Below are positions 37,403 through 48,860 of a DNA stretch of 48,860 bases, in pieces. The DNA lies in assembly GCF_001194135.2 (NCBI RefSeq), contig NC_068981.1, positions 125,776,047 through 125,824,906 on the forward strand. The letters run 5' to 3'. The position numbers were made by a program, and so were the translations under genes. The notes beneath the pieces were generated by a model. That model worked only from the letters and a program-made list of their open reading frames with translations. It was not told the origin of the DNA and ran no database searches. The stretch comes from Octopus bimaculoides. Taxonomy: Eukaryota. Within the stretch, counting starts at the first letter, position 1; every line of letters starts with the position of its first letter.

Positions 37403-39494
37403 TACAAAAATCATGCTACATAAATATACAATTTTATATCCTTAATCTTTAACAAGTTTGTGGTGTGAGTTTTCTTTTTTTTTTGTAAAGTAGGTGTAGA
37501 CTTGTGAGCAATACAGAGAGATTCCAAAGGTAATATGGTATCAAACAGAACTGAAAAAAATCTCTTACATGATTTGCTTTCTTGCTACATATCTGATTTT
37601 GTGGTAATCATTCAGCATATGTACATATATAATGGAAAAGGGTTATTACAGTTCACTTTTTAGAGTATAAATTTGAAAATTCAGAAGTAAATCATTAACT
37701 GGAGAATTCTGTTGTCAAATTGGTTTCTAAGCAAATATTTGCATGTGAATTGCAGGATATTTACTAGACAATTTTCTCTGTGAATAAGAGTTTGAATCTA
37801 TTTTGTAGATAACTTTTGGTTCAATAGAAGCAAATATTTATCTGGAAGGAAATAACGAAGTTGGCAGCTTCATATATTTTAAGTTATTAAATTTCACAAA
37901 GCTGAATTTTTAATTGGATTTTGGCAATTAGTTAACAGCTCTAGTTATTCAGTTTTATCAAGATGCCCACTATTGCACATCCCAAAAGTTGTCTCCTCAA
38001 ATTTTCATTATTAATTTTTATTTCTAATAGATATTATAAATCTTAAACATTAAGAAATACTTCTTTTTTATTTTATTTATTAATTTTCATCATTATAGTT
38101 AATGACAATATTGGGATGAAATATAAAGTTGTTCAATATAATGCATGTTTCTCATGTGAGTTGATTTTGATGATTTAAGTTTTCCAGTTTTTTAATCACA
38201 TTACACTGTCAGATATATTTTCACTTTGTAAGGGTAATTTACTCAATATTTCTGCTGTTCTAATAGCGTTTCTCTGTTCAAAAATAAATCATCTTATTTG
38301 TATCTTACAATACACACTTCAATGCTTATAAAAAACAAAATTTAGTTTGTTTATATCTATATACACATACAATTAAACCTTGGGAGAGGCATTATGCCGG
38401 TAATAAACACACGCACTGGTTCAGTCCTTTATTAATTTATATAGTTTTTTGTTAAATTATTTCATTGCACTCTTGCAATCTCTTCAGTAACTTGTCTCTC
38501 CACTTCCATTTATTTTATTTTGAATACACATACGAAATATATACACATAGTTTATTTATATTTATATACACTGTGATTTGATCAGTACAATCTGTGTCTG
38601 CTTATTTCCAAATGTATATTTGCTTGGCTAAATTTCGATTCAATACTTGTATTTCTAATACAGAATTTTTAATGTTTAAAAATAAGAGTTCAGATTTTAG
38701 TGTCAGTTTAAGGAAATATATGTATGCATGGTTAAGATTCTTCAAATGAATCAGGGTTGAACTGATTGAAATGTTGTTAGAAATATAATGCACAAGAGAT
38801 GAGGTTAAGAGACTTGTATATGTTTTTGTAAACTGCAGTTTATTAAAAAAAAAAAAAATGTCCCATTTTCTCTATTTATTTGTCTTAAGCAAAGTGATAT
38901 AGGATACTACATTTTCACTTCTGAATATACTGTGCTTCAGTCTGGGAGTGCTTGGTTTAGTACGAAATCATTTAGTAAGCAATACATATTGTATCCAGTT
39001 TATTTTTATTTAATAAAATTCTACAACTAAATGTGATAAATGATTTTAGTTAAGCTATATATAACATGCAATATTTATGAAGCACACAAGGACATTTTTA
39101 AGCAACTGAAAAAGTAATTAGGCACATGTTAAATGAAGTACATTTTCAATAGAATTATAATGTAGAATGTGAATTTTTTTTCCCTTTCTTTTATAACAGC
39201 ATGTACTGATGTTTTCAATTTCCTTTGCTTTTTTGTGACCACATTTCCTACAAAATATGCAACTTCTGTTTTAATTTAATTTTAAACATAATAACTTCAG
39301 TAGGGATTAGTAAAGTTACTTTTTCATTATTAAGCAGTTATTCAAAAGAGAGTTTTATTAATGTTTCTAGCATGGAATTTAAATATGAAACCTTAAAACA
39401 AATTTTCAGGTTGTTTGATAGCAAAAGGGTTAAAGAAATCAAATATTCTGAAGGCTTAAAAATCTCTGATACATTATGAACTCATTTGTCTTTG

Positions 39495-39913
39495 AGCAGT
39501 AAATATTATTCTTTAGTTGTTTCAGTTATTTGACTGTGGCCATGCTGGAGCACCACCTTTAGTCAAGCAAATCAACCCCCAGAGTTTATTCTTTGTAAGC
39601 CTAGTACTTATTCTATTGGTATCCTTTGCCAAACTGCTAAGTTACAGGGATGTAAACACACCAGCATCGGTTGTCAAGTGATGTTGGGGGGACAAACAAA
39701 GACGAACAAACATATACACACACATACATATACATATATATATACATATACCATGGGCTTCTTCCAGTTTCCATCTACCAAATCCACTCACAAGGCTTTG
39801 GTCAGCCTGAGGCAGTAGTAGAAGACACTTGCCCAAGGTGCCACGCAGTGGGACTGAACCCAGGACCATGTGGTTGGTAAGCAAGCTACTTACCACACTG
39901 CCACTCCTGTGCC
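39495..39913 (-). mobile_element. Full-length tRNA-derived SINE
   Basis: Head GGCACAGGAGTGGCAGTGTGGTAAG..GGGTTCAGTCCCACTGCG, CORE-like CTTGGGCAAGTGTCTTC, internal microsatellite, shared tail. Confidence 0.88.
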
Positions 39914-40433
39914 TTGATTTTATAGTCAGAATTCTTTCCAAATTTCTATTTCCTTTAATGTCTTCCTTATTTCTAAAACGTTATAAAATAAACTAAGCTG
40001 AATATAAATAAATAAACTATATATTGGTTAAAATAGATACTGACTTCTGTCTCTTAAACTTCAAAGATCTATCAGAAATGAACAATAAAATTAACTTCAA
40101 AGCATTGGTTTCCAATTCAAAATATAGCCTGAAGGAAGCAATCTTTAATTTAAATGCTCATTTCTTGTAAAAATAAAAGATATTTAAAAGTTATCAATAT
40201 CATGACATTTGATGTAAAATTCTATAAAATAATTATGAATGAATGAACTGCCATGGTTTTCATTATAAAATATTTCACTACAGAGTACCTATTAAACCCT
40301 CTGTTTTGAATTAAGTAAAATTACTGTTTTTTTCTATTTTATTTTCATTTATGTTATTTCTGTCTCTACAAGGAAATTAGCCAGGCTGTATTTTTAGGAA
40401 AGTTGGGTGGGGGTCTAAGAAAAGATAACATAC

Positions 40434-40547
40434 AGAGCTCTCCAAGAGATTAGTGGGTGGGTAGAAGGTATCCTCAAATGGGTAACCTGAGCTAATTGCC
40501 TGTAACAGAGGGTACTCCTCGAAGGGAACCCAAGGTGGTTGGACTCC
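40434..40547 (-). CDS. Candidate 114-nt exon (GVQPPWVPFEEYPLLQAISSGYPFEDTFYPPTNLLESS)
   Basis: ~50% GC non-repetitive island, ttatacag acceptor, TCT|gtatgt donor, 38 open codons. An alternative plus-strand exon overlaps it. Confidence 0.4.
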
Positions 40548-41307
40548 CTGTATAAGTTATATATATCATGTACACAAATGACCCACATACAGAGGTAGGT
40601 GCACCACCTTGATTTCATATTTGCAATGAGAAATGAGCTTTAAATCAAATTATAATGAATTAAATGCTAAAATTTATTAATGTAAAATGATATTTGACAT
40701 CATCAGAATTACAATATGAGTGAGGACAAATACCTGAAGGGAGCATTCTGCATACTAAATGCAAATATAGTAAGGTCTTTCACATGCAATTTAGTGAACA
40801 GAAAATTTGCAGTTTACTGACATTATCCATATAACTAGTAAAACAAAACCTTCTTTTAGAAGTGTTTAAAATTTAAAAACAAGAAGTGGGATAATACAAA
40901 TAAAATCAATTCATTGAAAGTTTTAGAAAAGAAGGAAAATGTTGTATTGGAGAGAATTTGGTGTAAAGCAGACTAAATTAAGATTTAAATATGTAAAGGA
41001 ATATTGTCTGAACCATGATTGCAGTAGCTTGTTGAGTGACCTAATAGCACTACATAATTTCTTTTTTTATCTTTACAATATAATTAGTCAGTTACTTACA
41101 TTAGTAGGACAGATTAGATTGTATCTGATTCATAAGAATATTTTCTATTGTCAAATCTATGTTGGACATTAGTGGGTTTGTGTGTGTGTGTGTGTTATCA
41201 GAGACAGAAGCAATATCAGTTCGAAATAGCAACCTGTGTTACACACTTAAAGCAGATACATCATTAAAGCCTTATAAACTGTGATATTCGTTTTGAGAAA
41301 GTATCTC

Positions 41308-41340
<33 letters not shown>

Positions 41341-41440
41341 TATATATAGGGGGGAGAGAGAGTATTAAAAACAGAAATATATCAGTAGCAGCCGAAAGTC
41401 TTCCTGCAGCAGTGGTGACATTGCTAATATGTACTTTTAC

Positions 41441-41478
41441 CTCTTTGAGCTTCATCAGTAACAAGCATTCACTGGCAC
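41441..41478 (-). CDS. Candidate short exon (ASECLLLMKLKE)
   Basis: ttttgtcttagcatacag acceptor, GAG|gtaaaa donor; ends in phase 0, compatible with 40547. Confidence 0.2.
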
Positions 41479-41860
41479 CTGTATGCTAAGACAAAATCAA
41501 CTACTACTGATATAGTAAAACAGTAACTGAAAAATCATTGGTGTTACAATGAGCTGGCAGGCTGAAAAGACTTTGCTATTAGTAACAGAAGCAGTATTAA
41601 TCATGTATAAATATAAATAAAAAATCCAAAGACAAAGTCCCTCGAGAATTTTAGCATGAATTAGAGAAAGAAAATATTTACATAAAAATGTAAATATTTT
41701 GTGTTTTTTCTGCATGATAAAGTTCTCAAGGCATTTTCTTACTTGTGTGAAACTCTTAATCTTGTGTATGTGTGTGCATGTGTGTGTGTATTGTGTGTGT
41801 ATGTGTGTGTGTGTGTAAAATAACACACAATACACAGACATACATATATATAGAGATTTA

Positions 41861-42191
41861 GGTGTAGCTGTGTGGTAAGAAGTTTGCTTCTTAACCACAT
41901 GGCTCCAGGTTCAGTCCCACTGCATGGCAGTAGCCCTAGACTGACCACAACTTTGTAAGTGAATTTGGTAGACAAAGACTAAAAGTTGCCTTTCATGTGT
42001 AGATGTGTGTTGACAACTGGTGTTGGTCAGTTTACATCCCAGTAACTTAACAGTTCAGTAAAACAGATCAATAAAATAACTAGCAGGCTTTAAAAAAAGT
42101 AAGTACTGGGGTTGCTTCATTCAAATAAACCTTCAAGGAGGTGCTCCAGCATGGCTATAATCCAATGACTGTAACAAGTAAAGGATAAAAG
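41861..42191 (+). mobile_element. tRNA-derived SINE (internally shortened)
   Basis: GGTGTAGCTGTGTGGTAAG..CAGGTTCAGTCCCACTGC head; tail GGTGCTCCAGCATGGC..AAGTAAAAGGATAAAAG. Confidence 0.85.
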
Positions 42192-42769
42192 CTACACACA
42201 CACACACACACACAAGCACGCACGTGCACATGCACACACACACAGTGTTTTGTGTGTATTGAGTTTAAGTTCTTCTACTATGCTGCATGACTGACTAATT
42301 ATCTTCTGAGACAAACATAGCAGTTGAAAATGAAATATTAAAATGAATGGTTTGGATTTCATCATTTGACTTATTTCTTTTCTATCTCAGATTTGTTCTA
42401 ATAATGTTGAATATCATTTTATAAGACCTGGCACTTTCTACATATACGGTGGGGTTATGCAGTAATATCTCCTCTTTGAAATGGTCAATATTTTCTTTTT
42501 TAAACATTAAGATTGTCTATTTAAACGCATGATTAAATCAAATCATGTCATAGAATAAAATAAATGAATCTGAATCCAATCCAAAGCACTTAATGATATC
42601 AACTCTCCAGGTAATAATATCAAAATTGATCAAACACTGGGGTAAAATAATCATGTTAATTTCTACAAAACTTGACTTTGAAAATATTGATTTTTAATAA
42701 TGGCATAAGGTCATAGATTTTGGAGGTAATTGAAGACAAACTAATTCCAGTTCTTATCTTTTGTCTTAC

Positions 42770-42975
42770 ACTTGTTTTAAGCAATCTGGCTTGCAGCCAT
42801 CCTGGGGTACTGCTTTGAAGGGTTCAGTCTTCTTTCAGTATCCATCAATCAAATTCACTCACAAAGCTTTGTTCAACCTATGGCTATAGTAGAAGACCTT
42901 TGCCCAAGTTGCCATACAGTGAAACTGAACCTGGAACCATACGGTTTATAAGCAAACTTCTTAACATACAGCCAC
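42770..42975 (-). mobile_element. Decayed, deleted SINE
   Basis: GTAGAAGACCTTTGCCCAAG...CTGAACCTGGAACC matches the reverse head of the 39495 family. Confidence 0.65.
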
Positions 42976-43144
42976 ACCTATACCTACTATTTTATTTTAT
43001 CAACCCTAGAAAAATGAAAATTAAATTGACCTCAACAAGATATGTGTAAAGAGCCATTACTAAATACTATCTGATGTTAATATTGAAACTATAAATGAAA
43101 AAAAAAAACAGCATTGTCTGTAAACCAATAGAGCTAATAATCCT

Positions 43145-43365
43145 TTCTAATTTTTGTACAAGGTTAGAAAGTTTGAGGGGAGAACGCAAGTTGATTACAT
43201 CAACCCAAGTACTTGACTGGTATTTATTTTAACAATCCCCAAAAGATGAAAGGCAAAATCAACCTCAGTGGTATTTGAATTCAGAACATAAAGAGCTGGA
43301 AGAAATGCCACTAAGCATTTTGTTCAGTGTGATAGAGATTTTGCCAGCTTGCCACCTTAGAGCCA
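43145..43365 (-). mobile_element. SINE of the 21070/47324 family
   Basis: CCCCAAAAGATGAAAGGCAAAATCAACCTC...TTTGAATTCAGAAC. Confidence 0.75.
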
Positions 43366-43971
43366 CTACAAATATGAGCGAGAGGCTTTGGTACCAGAAG
43401 AAAGAAACATGGTGCACAACAGATATCAGTGATTGGTTAAAATCTCAGCATTCATTTTAAGATGTATCCACTCTTAATCTATTCATTTTTCATGCTTTAT
43501 TGAATCAATATTTTCACTGTATTCCTGTTTAATATGAGAAGTACACTTTTTTTTCTGGTGTCATCTGGTGGGCTGATATTTCACTGTTATTGTGTTTATT
43601 TGCTTTGAATTGCTCTAAATTATCAGAAAAATATATATTGCCATTGATTAAAACTTCTACTCAGCCTATTAAGTCACTATTCATGGTATCAGCAGCAATC
43701 ATTATTGCTATCATCATCAGTATTATCATCATCATCATCAAGTCTAACATATTTCAAACCTTCACTTAAACATTTTGTACTTCAACTTTAGCAATGTCTA
43801 GAGAACTTTTGTAGGTATGTTGCTATGTGTCCAATTAGAAAGATCTGTTGAAAACATTGCAAGTTATTTGTATATATGTTGCATGTTTGTATACACAAGA
43901 ACATGTGTATATCTATGTGTGTGTGTTTGTACACACATGCATACACACAATATATATATATATATATATAT

Positions 43972-44752
43972 ATATAGGAAAATGAAGAATAAGACAGAAT
44001 GCTAAATTGGAAGCATGTTTTAATAAAGATTTCTAACCGGCTTTCATTGCAAAGCAAATTTTCAAGAAGGAGAATGAAAATGTTTTTTACAAAGAAGTAC
44101 AAAATGAAGAAAATAATATATAAAAAAAATAATATATAAAAAAATAACTATACCAATACATTATATTGTTTTTGAGCTTTTGAAGTTCAATGGTAGTTCA
44201 TGTATATAATGGTTGGAAAAATAAGGATGCATGAGAATTGAGAGTTGTGTTAGGTTTAAAAAAAGGGTTNNNNNNNNNNNNNNNNNNNNNNNNNNNNNNN
44301 NNNNNNNNNNNNNNNNNNNNNNNNNNNNNNNNNNNNNNNNNNNNNNNNNNNNNNNNNNNNNNNNNNNNNNNNNNNNNNNNNNNNNNNNNNNNNNNNNNNN
44401 NNNNNNNNNNNNNNNNNNNNNNNNNNNNNNNNNNNNNNNNNNNNNNNNNNNNNNNNNNNNTTTTTTTTAAACCTAACACAACTCTCAATTCTCATGCATC
44501 CTTATTTTTCCAACGATTATATACATGAACTACCATTGAACTTCAAAAGCTCAAAAACAATATAATGTATTGGTATAGTTATTTTTTTATATATTATTTT
44601 TTTTATATATTATTTTCTTCATTTTGTACTTTTTTGTAAAAAACATTTTCATTCTCCTTCTTGAAAATTTGCTTTGCAATGAAAGCCGGTTAGAAATCTT
44701 TATTAAAACATGCTTTCAATTTAGCATTCTGCCTTATTCTTCATTTTCCTAT
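43972..44752. repeat. ~290-bp-arm inverted repeat flanking N gap 44270-44460
   Basis: 43972-44264 versus 44461-44752 are reverse complements with 4 substitutions counted by hand. Confidence 0.9.
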
Positions 44753-44793
44753 TATTTCTCCACATGCGGTTAACACAACCCCACTATTTACTG

Positions 44794-44824
<31 letters not shown>

Positions 44825-45594
44825 TAATGCATACATTCATATATGTGTGTCTGTGTGTGTACACACACACACATTCATTTTACAGTAGTTTTTCCTTGTT
44901 AACATGAGTTAGACAAACACTTTTTATTAGAACGTTATTATATAGCTTCCTCTCATTTCTTTCTTCTCTTGCTCACAAAGCAGTTAACCCATATCTGCTT
45001 TTCAAGTGATTGTTTTTTTTATTCATTTGTCATTTGCTGCAGAATGATTTATGGACAGAAAATGTTGACATAATGTCACTGTTTGGTTCATGCAAAGGCA
45101 GAGAAGGCTAATATTCACTTACACATGCAGAAGCATATAATATTTATAGATATCTACATATGTGTAAGACATGCTACCATATATTTCTGTCTATCAATTC
45201 CACTCACGAGTCATTGGTCACCCCAGAGTACAAGACATTTGCACAAGGTTCCATGCAATGAGACAAAATTTGAAGCCATTTGTTATGAAGTAATTTCCAT
45301 ATATGCGGGACCATTTATATAAACACACACATGCATCCACACAAACACATATATCATAATGCAAGAGTTATAAAACATATACCAGTCTGTGTTATACAAG
45401 ATGCAAGCATTATCTAATACCGAATTCTTATACTTGGAGTAGAGTAGAAAGATATGTTTATTATATTAAAAAATGACAACTTAATCTAATTTCACTTCAA
45501 ACTAGTTGTGCAACTTTTTTTTTATGTATATGTATATTTTATTTTGTTGTATTTGTCTTCATCATTGTCTTGTACATTTGTTAGTTATTCCCAG

Positions 45595-45654
45595 TGGCCT
45601 TTTGCCAATGGCACCACCAAAAGTGAACAACATTAACATTAAAGATGTGAAATT
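45595..45654 (+). CDS. Candidate 60-nt phase-2 exon (GLLPMAPPKVNNINIKDVK)
   Basis: ttattcccag acceptor, TT|gtaagg donor, only one open frame. Confidence 0.25.
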
Positions 45655-45894
45655 GTAAGGATATTTTGGATGTTGACTAATGAGGAATTAGCTACGAATT
45701 TTCTGTTTGTTAAATTTTTGTAAGATTTTTCCATTTGTTGTGCTTTTATTGAATTTTAGATGGACAGCTAACAACTGGTGAAGGGTCGTTATTTATGTTA
45801 CTGTTACTTGTCCTGTTTTTCATTTTGGTTTTCTCATTGTTTGTGTATTCAACTCATTTGTTTTTGTATTTCATATTGTGACATCCTGTACCCA

Positions 45895-46052
<158 letters not shown>

Positions 46053-46657
46053 AACATCTACACTTACACACATACAACAAATTTTGTCATAGTTTGCATC
46101 TACTATATCCTACTCTCAAGGTACTGGCCTACTCAGTTTATAGTAGAAGACACATGCCCAAAGTGTTGTGCAGATGGATTTGAACATGGAATCATGTGGT
46201 TCTGAACTGGATTTATTAATCACATAGCTGAACTTGCACCTCTTTGTATATGTGTGTGTTAAATTAAAATGATTATTGAACCTTGATTAAAGTATGAGTT
46301 TGTCGTTTGGTTTTAATATTTTTCATATTATATTAGCTATTCAAGCATTTACCAAAAACTAACACAATACAGAGATTATTTGAGCTTGTAATTATTTATC
46401 TTTTGTCTGTCCGAAGCATTTTCATAAGTTTGCCCTAAATGTCCATGTTTGTTTTTAGACTTTTAGTTAGCCCTTGTTCCATATGTTCCGAATAATATAA
46501 AGCTTTTCTTTCATAATTCCCAAGTTACTCTGGTGGTTGTCAAAATTAGGAATGTGTATGATTCATGATGCATGGACAATAAGGAAATATGTCCTGTGTA
46601 TCACATGTGATACAGAAGACAGGAAAAGGGTGAACAAACTAATGATCTTTTCAACAG

Positions 46658-46673
46658 AATTATTCTACATCCG
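46658..46673 (+). CDS. Candidate 16-nt microexon (IILHP)
   Basis: ctaat branch-like motif, ttttcaacag acceptor, CCG|gtaatt donor; phase-compatible with 45654. Confidence 0.15.
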
Positions 46674-47323
46674 GTAATTTTTGACTAGTCAAAAGTCACT
46701 GAATTTCAAATATTAATTTCTTATTTGTTTCTGGGTAAAGGCATTTGGATTTGTTCAGATATATAGGTAACAGAAACATCAGAGCATTGAATTAAATACC
46801 ATTCAGAACCATCTGATTTCAAATAAGCTACTACTTTATTTTGTCTTTTGTCCATCAGTAAAATAAATACCAAACATATATTAGTTTTGATTCTTGTGAT
46901 CCCCTCAAATCTGCAGTCTTGTGCCATATAAAAGTAATTATTATCATTGTTATTGTAGAATGTTGATAACTCTCTATATAAGATGTGTGACAAAGCAACT
47001 GATATATTTAGAGAGATATTTTTGTATGCCTATTTATGTCTTATTTTAGATGTATGCCTCATACAGTCTCATTTTTATGTACAAATAAAATCAAGGAACT
47101 GTTTAAGGAAACAATGTTTACTTTAAATTATATATTAGCAAGGTCTCAAGTTTCACTCTTATCCATTATATAGAAAAAGTCACAATAACTTCTATGGGCA
47201 TTACACACATTTCTATAAAGCCTTATAAATATAGTATATACAACACATAACTGAAAGAAAAAAAAAAACAAAGAAAAAAAGTAATGCTGCTATGAATGTA
47301 GTGTAATTTAAATGCCTTCTTAT

Positions 47324-47551
47324 TTCTTTATTGCCCACAAGGGGCTAAACATAGAGGGGACAAACAAGGACAGACAAAGGGATTAAGTCGATTACATCCA
47401 CCCCAGTGCGTAACTGATACTTAATTTATCGACCCCGAAAGGATGAAAGGCAAAGTCAACCTCAGCAGAACTTGAACTCAGAACGTAGCGACGGGTGGAA
47501 TACCACTAAGCATTTCGCCCTGCGTACTAACGTTTCTGCCAACTCGCTGCC
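47324..47551 (-). mobile_element. Young full-length tRNA-derived SINE with 16-bp TSD
   Basis: TTAAATGCCTTCTTAT at 47308-47323 and 47552-47567; many CpGs intact; head GGCAGCGAGTTGGCAGAAACGTTAG, B-box GAGTTCAAGTTC, tail GTGGGCAATAAAGAAA. Confidence 0.92.
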
Positions 47552-48827
47552 TTAAATGCCTTCTTATCTCAAGAGGATGGTGCTTAGCTCATGTTTCATA
47601 GCAAAATGTAGATAGAAAATAAATGTAATCTTAGATAGGAAAGTGGTCTATTGCAGGTATATTTGTTTCATAGGTATTTTAATAGTCTAATATATTTTTC
47701 CCTATTAAAGATTATTTGATGTCTATTCCCAGTGGTCAGATGAATGACAAAGAAATATCTGCAGCAGTAGACAGGAATTTATGACCTATGTTCAGGTAGC
47801 TGAAAACAATCCACTTGGTTATTTCATTTCTACAATGATGTAAAGAGAACAAAGGTTGCTTAAATAGTTGTGTTCTTGATGGATATGAGGCTTTTCAGTA
47901 TCTAGTTTGTTACTTCAATGCTTTTAGTTCACATACCCCAATGGGATCTACTTTAGATTTCATATCTCTAGGATCATAAAATGCAGTCATTTTAACGGAT
48001 TATTCTCACTTCATCAAAAATTAATTGGAAGAAATTAGTATATTATCAATAATTTTTATTTCAAATAAAAACGTCCCCAAAATTAAGTTTTATACATTAT
48101 GTTTGTTTACAAAATACTTGTTTCTTTGCATATATTTCTCAGCTAATTATTTTAATCTTTCACATCATATGTTTATATTGCATATTTGTAATAAAATTTT
48201 TATCTACATTACATTTTTTATAAGTCTATATTGGAATATTTAATTTTCACTAATAGAATTTATTTTATTTTCAGGGTTAGAGTAGAATTTTTCACAAATG
48301 AAAAGTCTTTTAAGGAAAGATTGCAACTTTATTTCATAAAAAACCAGAGATCAAGTAAGTATATATTCTATAAGTATATAATCTTCATAATATTTTTTGT
48401 TTGGTCAAATAAACATAGTAATTTGTAGTTTAAGTGATTCTAACAAACCACTGAATTTAATCAACCTCCAAACAAACATATAAAGAAATAAATTTCATTT
48501 GAGAATCTAATTTATATTCCAGACATAGCAAGAAAGCTGTCTGTTACTGATATACAATAATAAAGCCTTAGCAATGAATAGATACTTCAGTATGCAATGT
48601 TTAAGCTACATTTGTATATGTGTTCCATGGAGAGGTTCTTGGAGAACTAGTCCATAACCTAGTTTCTATTCTTCTCATGCATCCTGCTTAAGCAGGAAAC
48701 CATCATAATATAGTTTCCTTTATTTTAATTCCAGTATAACATTTTTATTGTTTTTGTTTTAAAATAATATAATTACACTATGTGGTTGTGGGGAAAACAC
48801 TTTGTGAATGCATTCAGCATATTAAAT

Positions 48828-48860
<33 letters not shown>

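Noticed and set aside
39860-39913. tRNA genes at SINE heads
   Set aside because: Only A/B-box-like motifs fused to SINE bodies; no cloverleaf.
43368-43460. W..TDISDWLKS, a SAM-domain-like peptide
   Set aside because: Short, directly adjoins a SINE, no splice support; likely chance.

Overview
AT-rich eukaryotic genomic DNA with five N-gaps and dense (TA)n/(TG)n/(GA)n microsatellites. The repeat content points to a coleoid cephalopod, probably Octopus (inference). There are no prokaryotic features and no intact long CDS; most ORF-track entries are microsatellite or repeat artefacts. The window is dominated by transposon relics: a full-length but decayed CR1/L2-type LINE (~13.5-18.7 kb, minus), several RTE-type LINE 3' ends, older LINE tails, a full-length DD34E Tc1, a mariner fragment, a deleted DD37D element, two MITEs, a hAT element with intact TIRs and an 8-bp TSD, and many tRNA-derived SINEs. 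A few short GC-richer islands could be exons of an unidentified host gene, but its strand and identity cannot be settled by eye. The most notable observations are a LINE ORF1 with a Myb/SANT-like N-terminus plus two CCCH-like fingers, minimal hammerhead-ribozyme relics, a perfect 107-bp inverted duplication, and a ~290-bp-arm palindrome around a gap.
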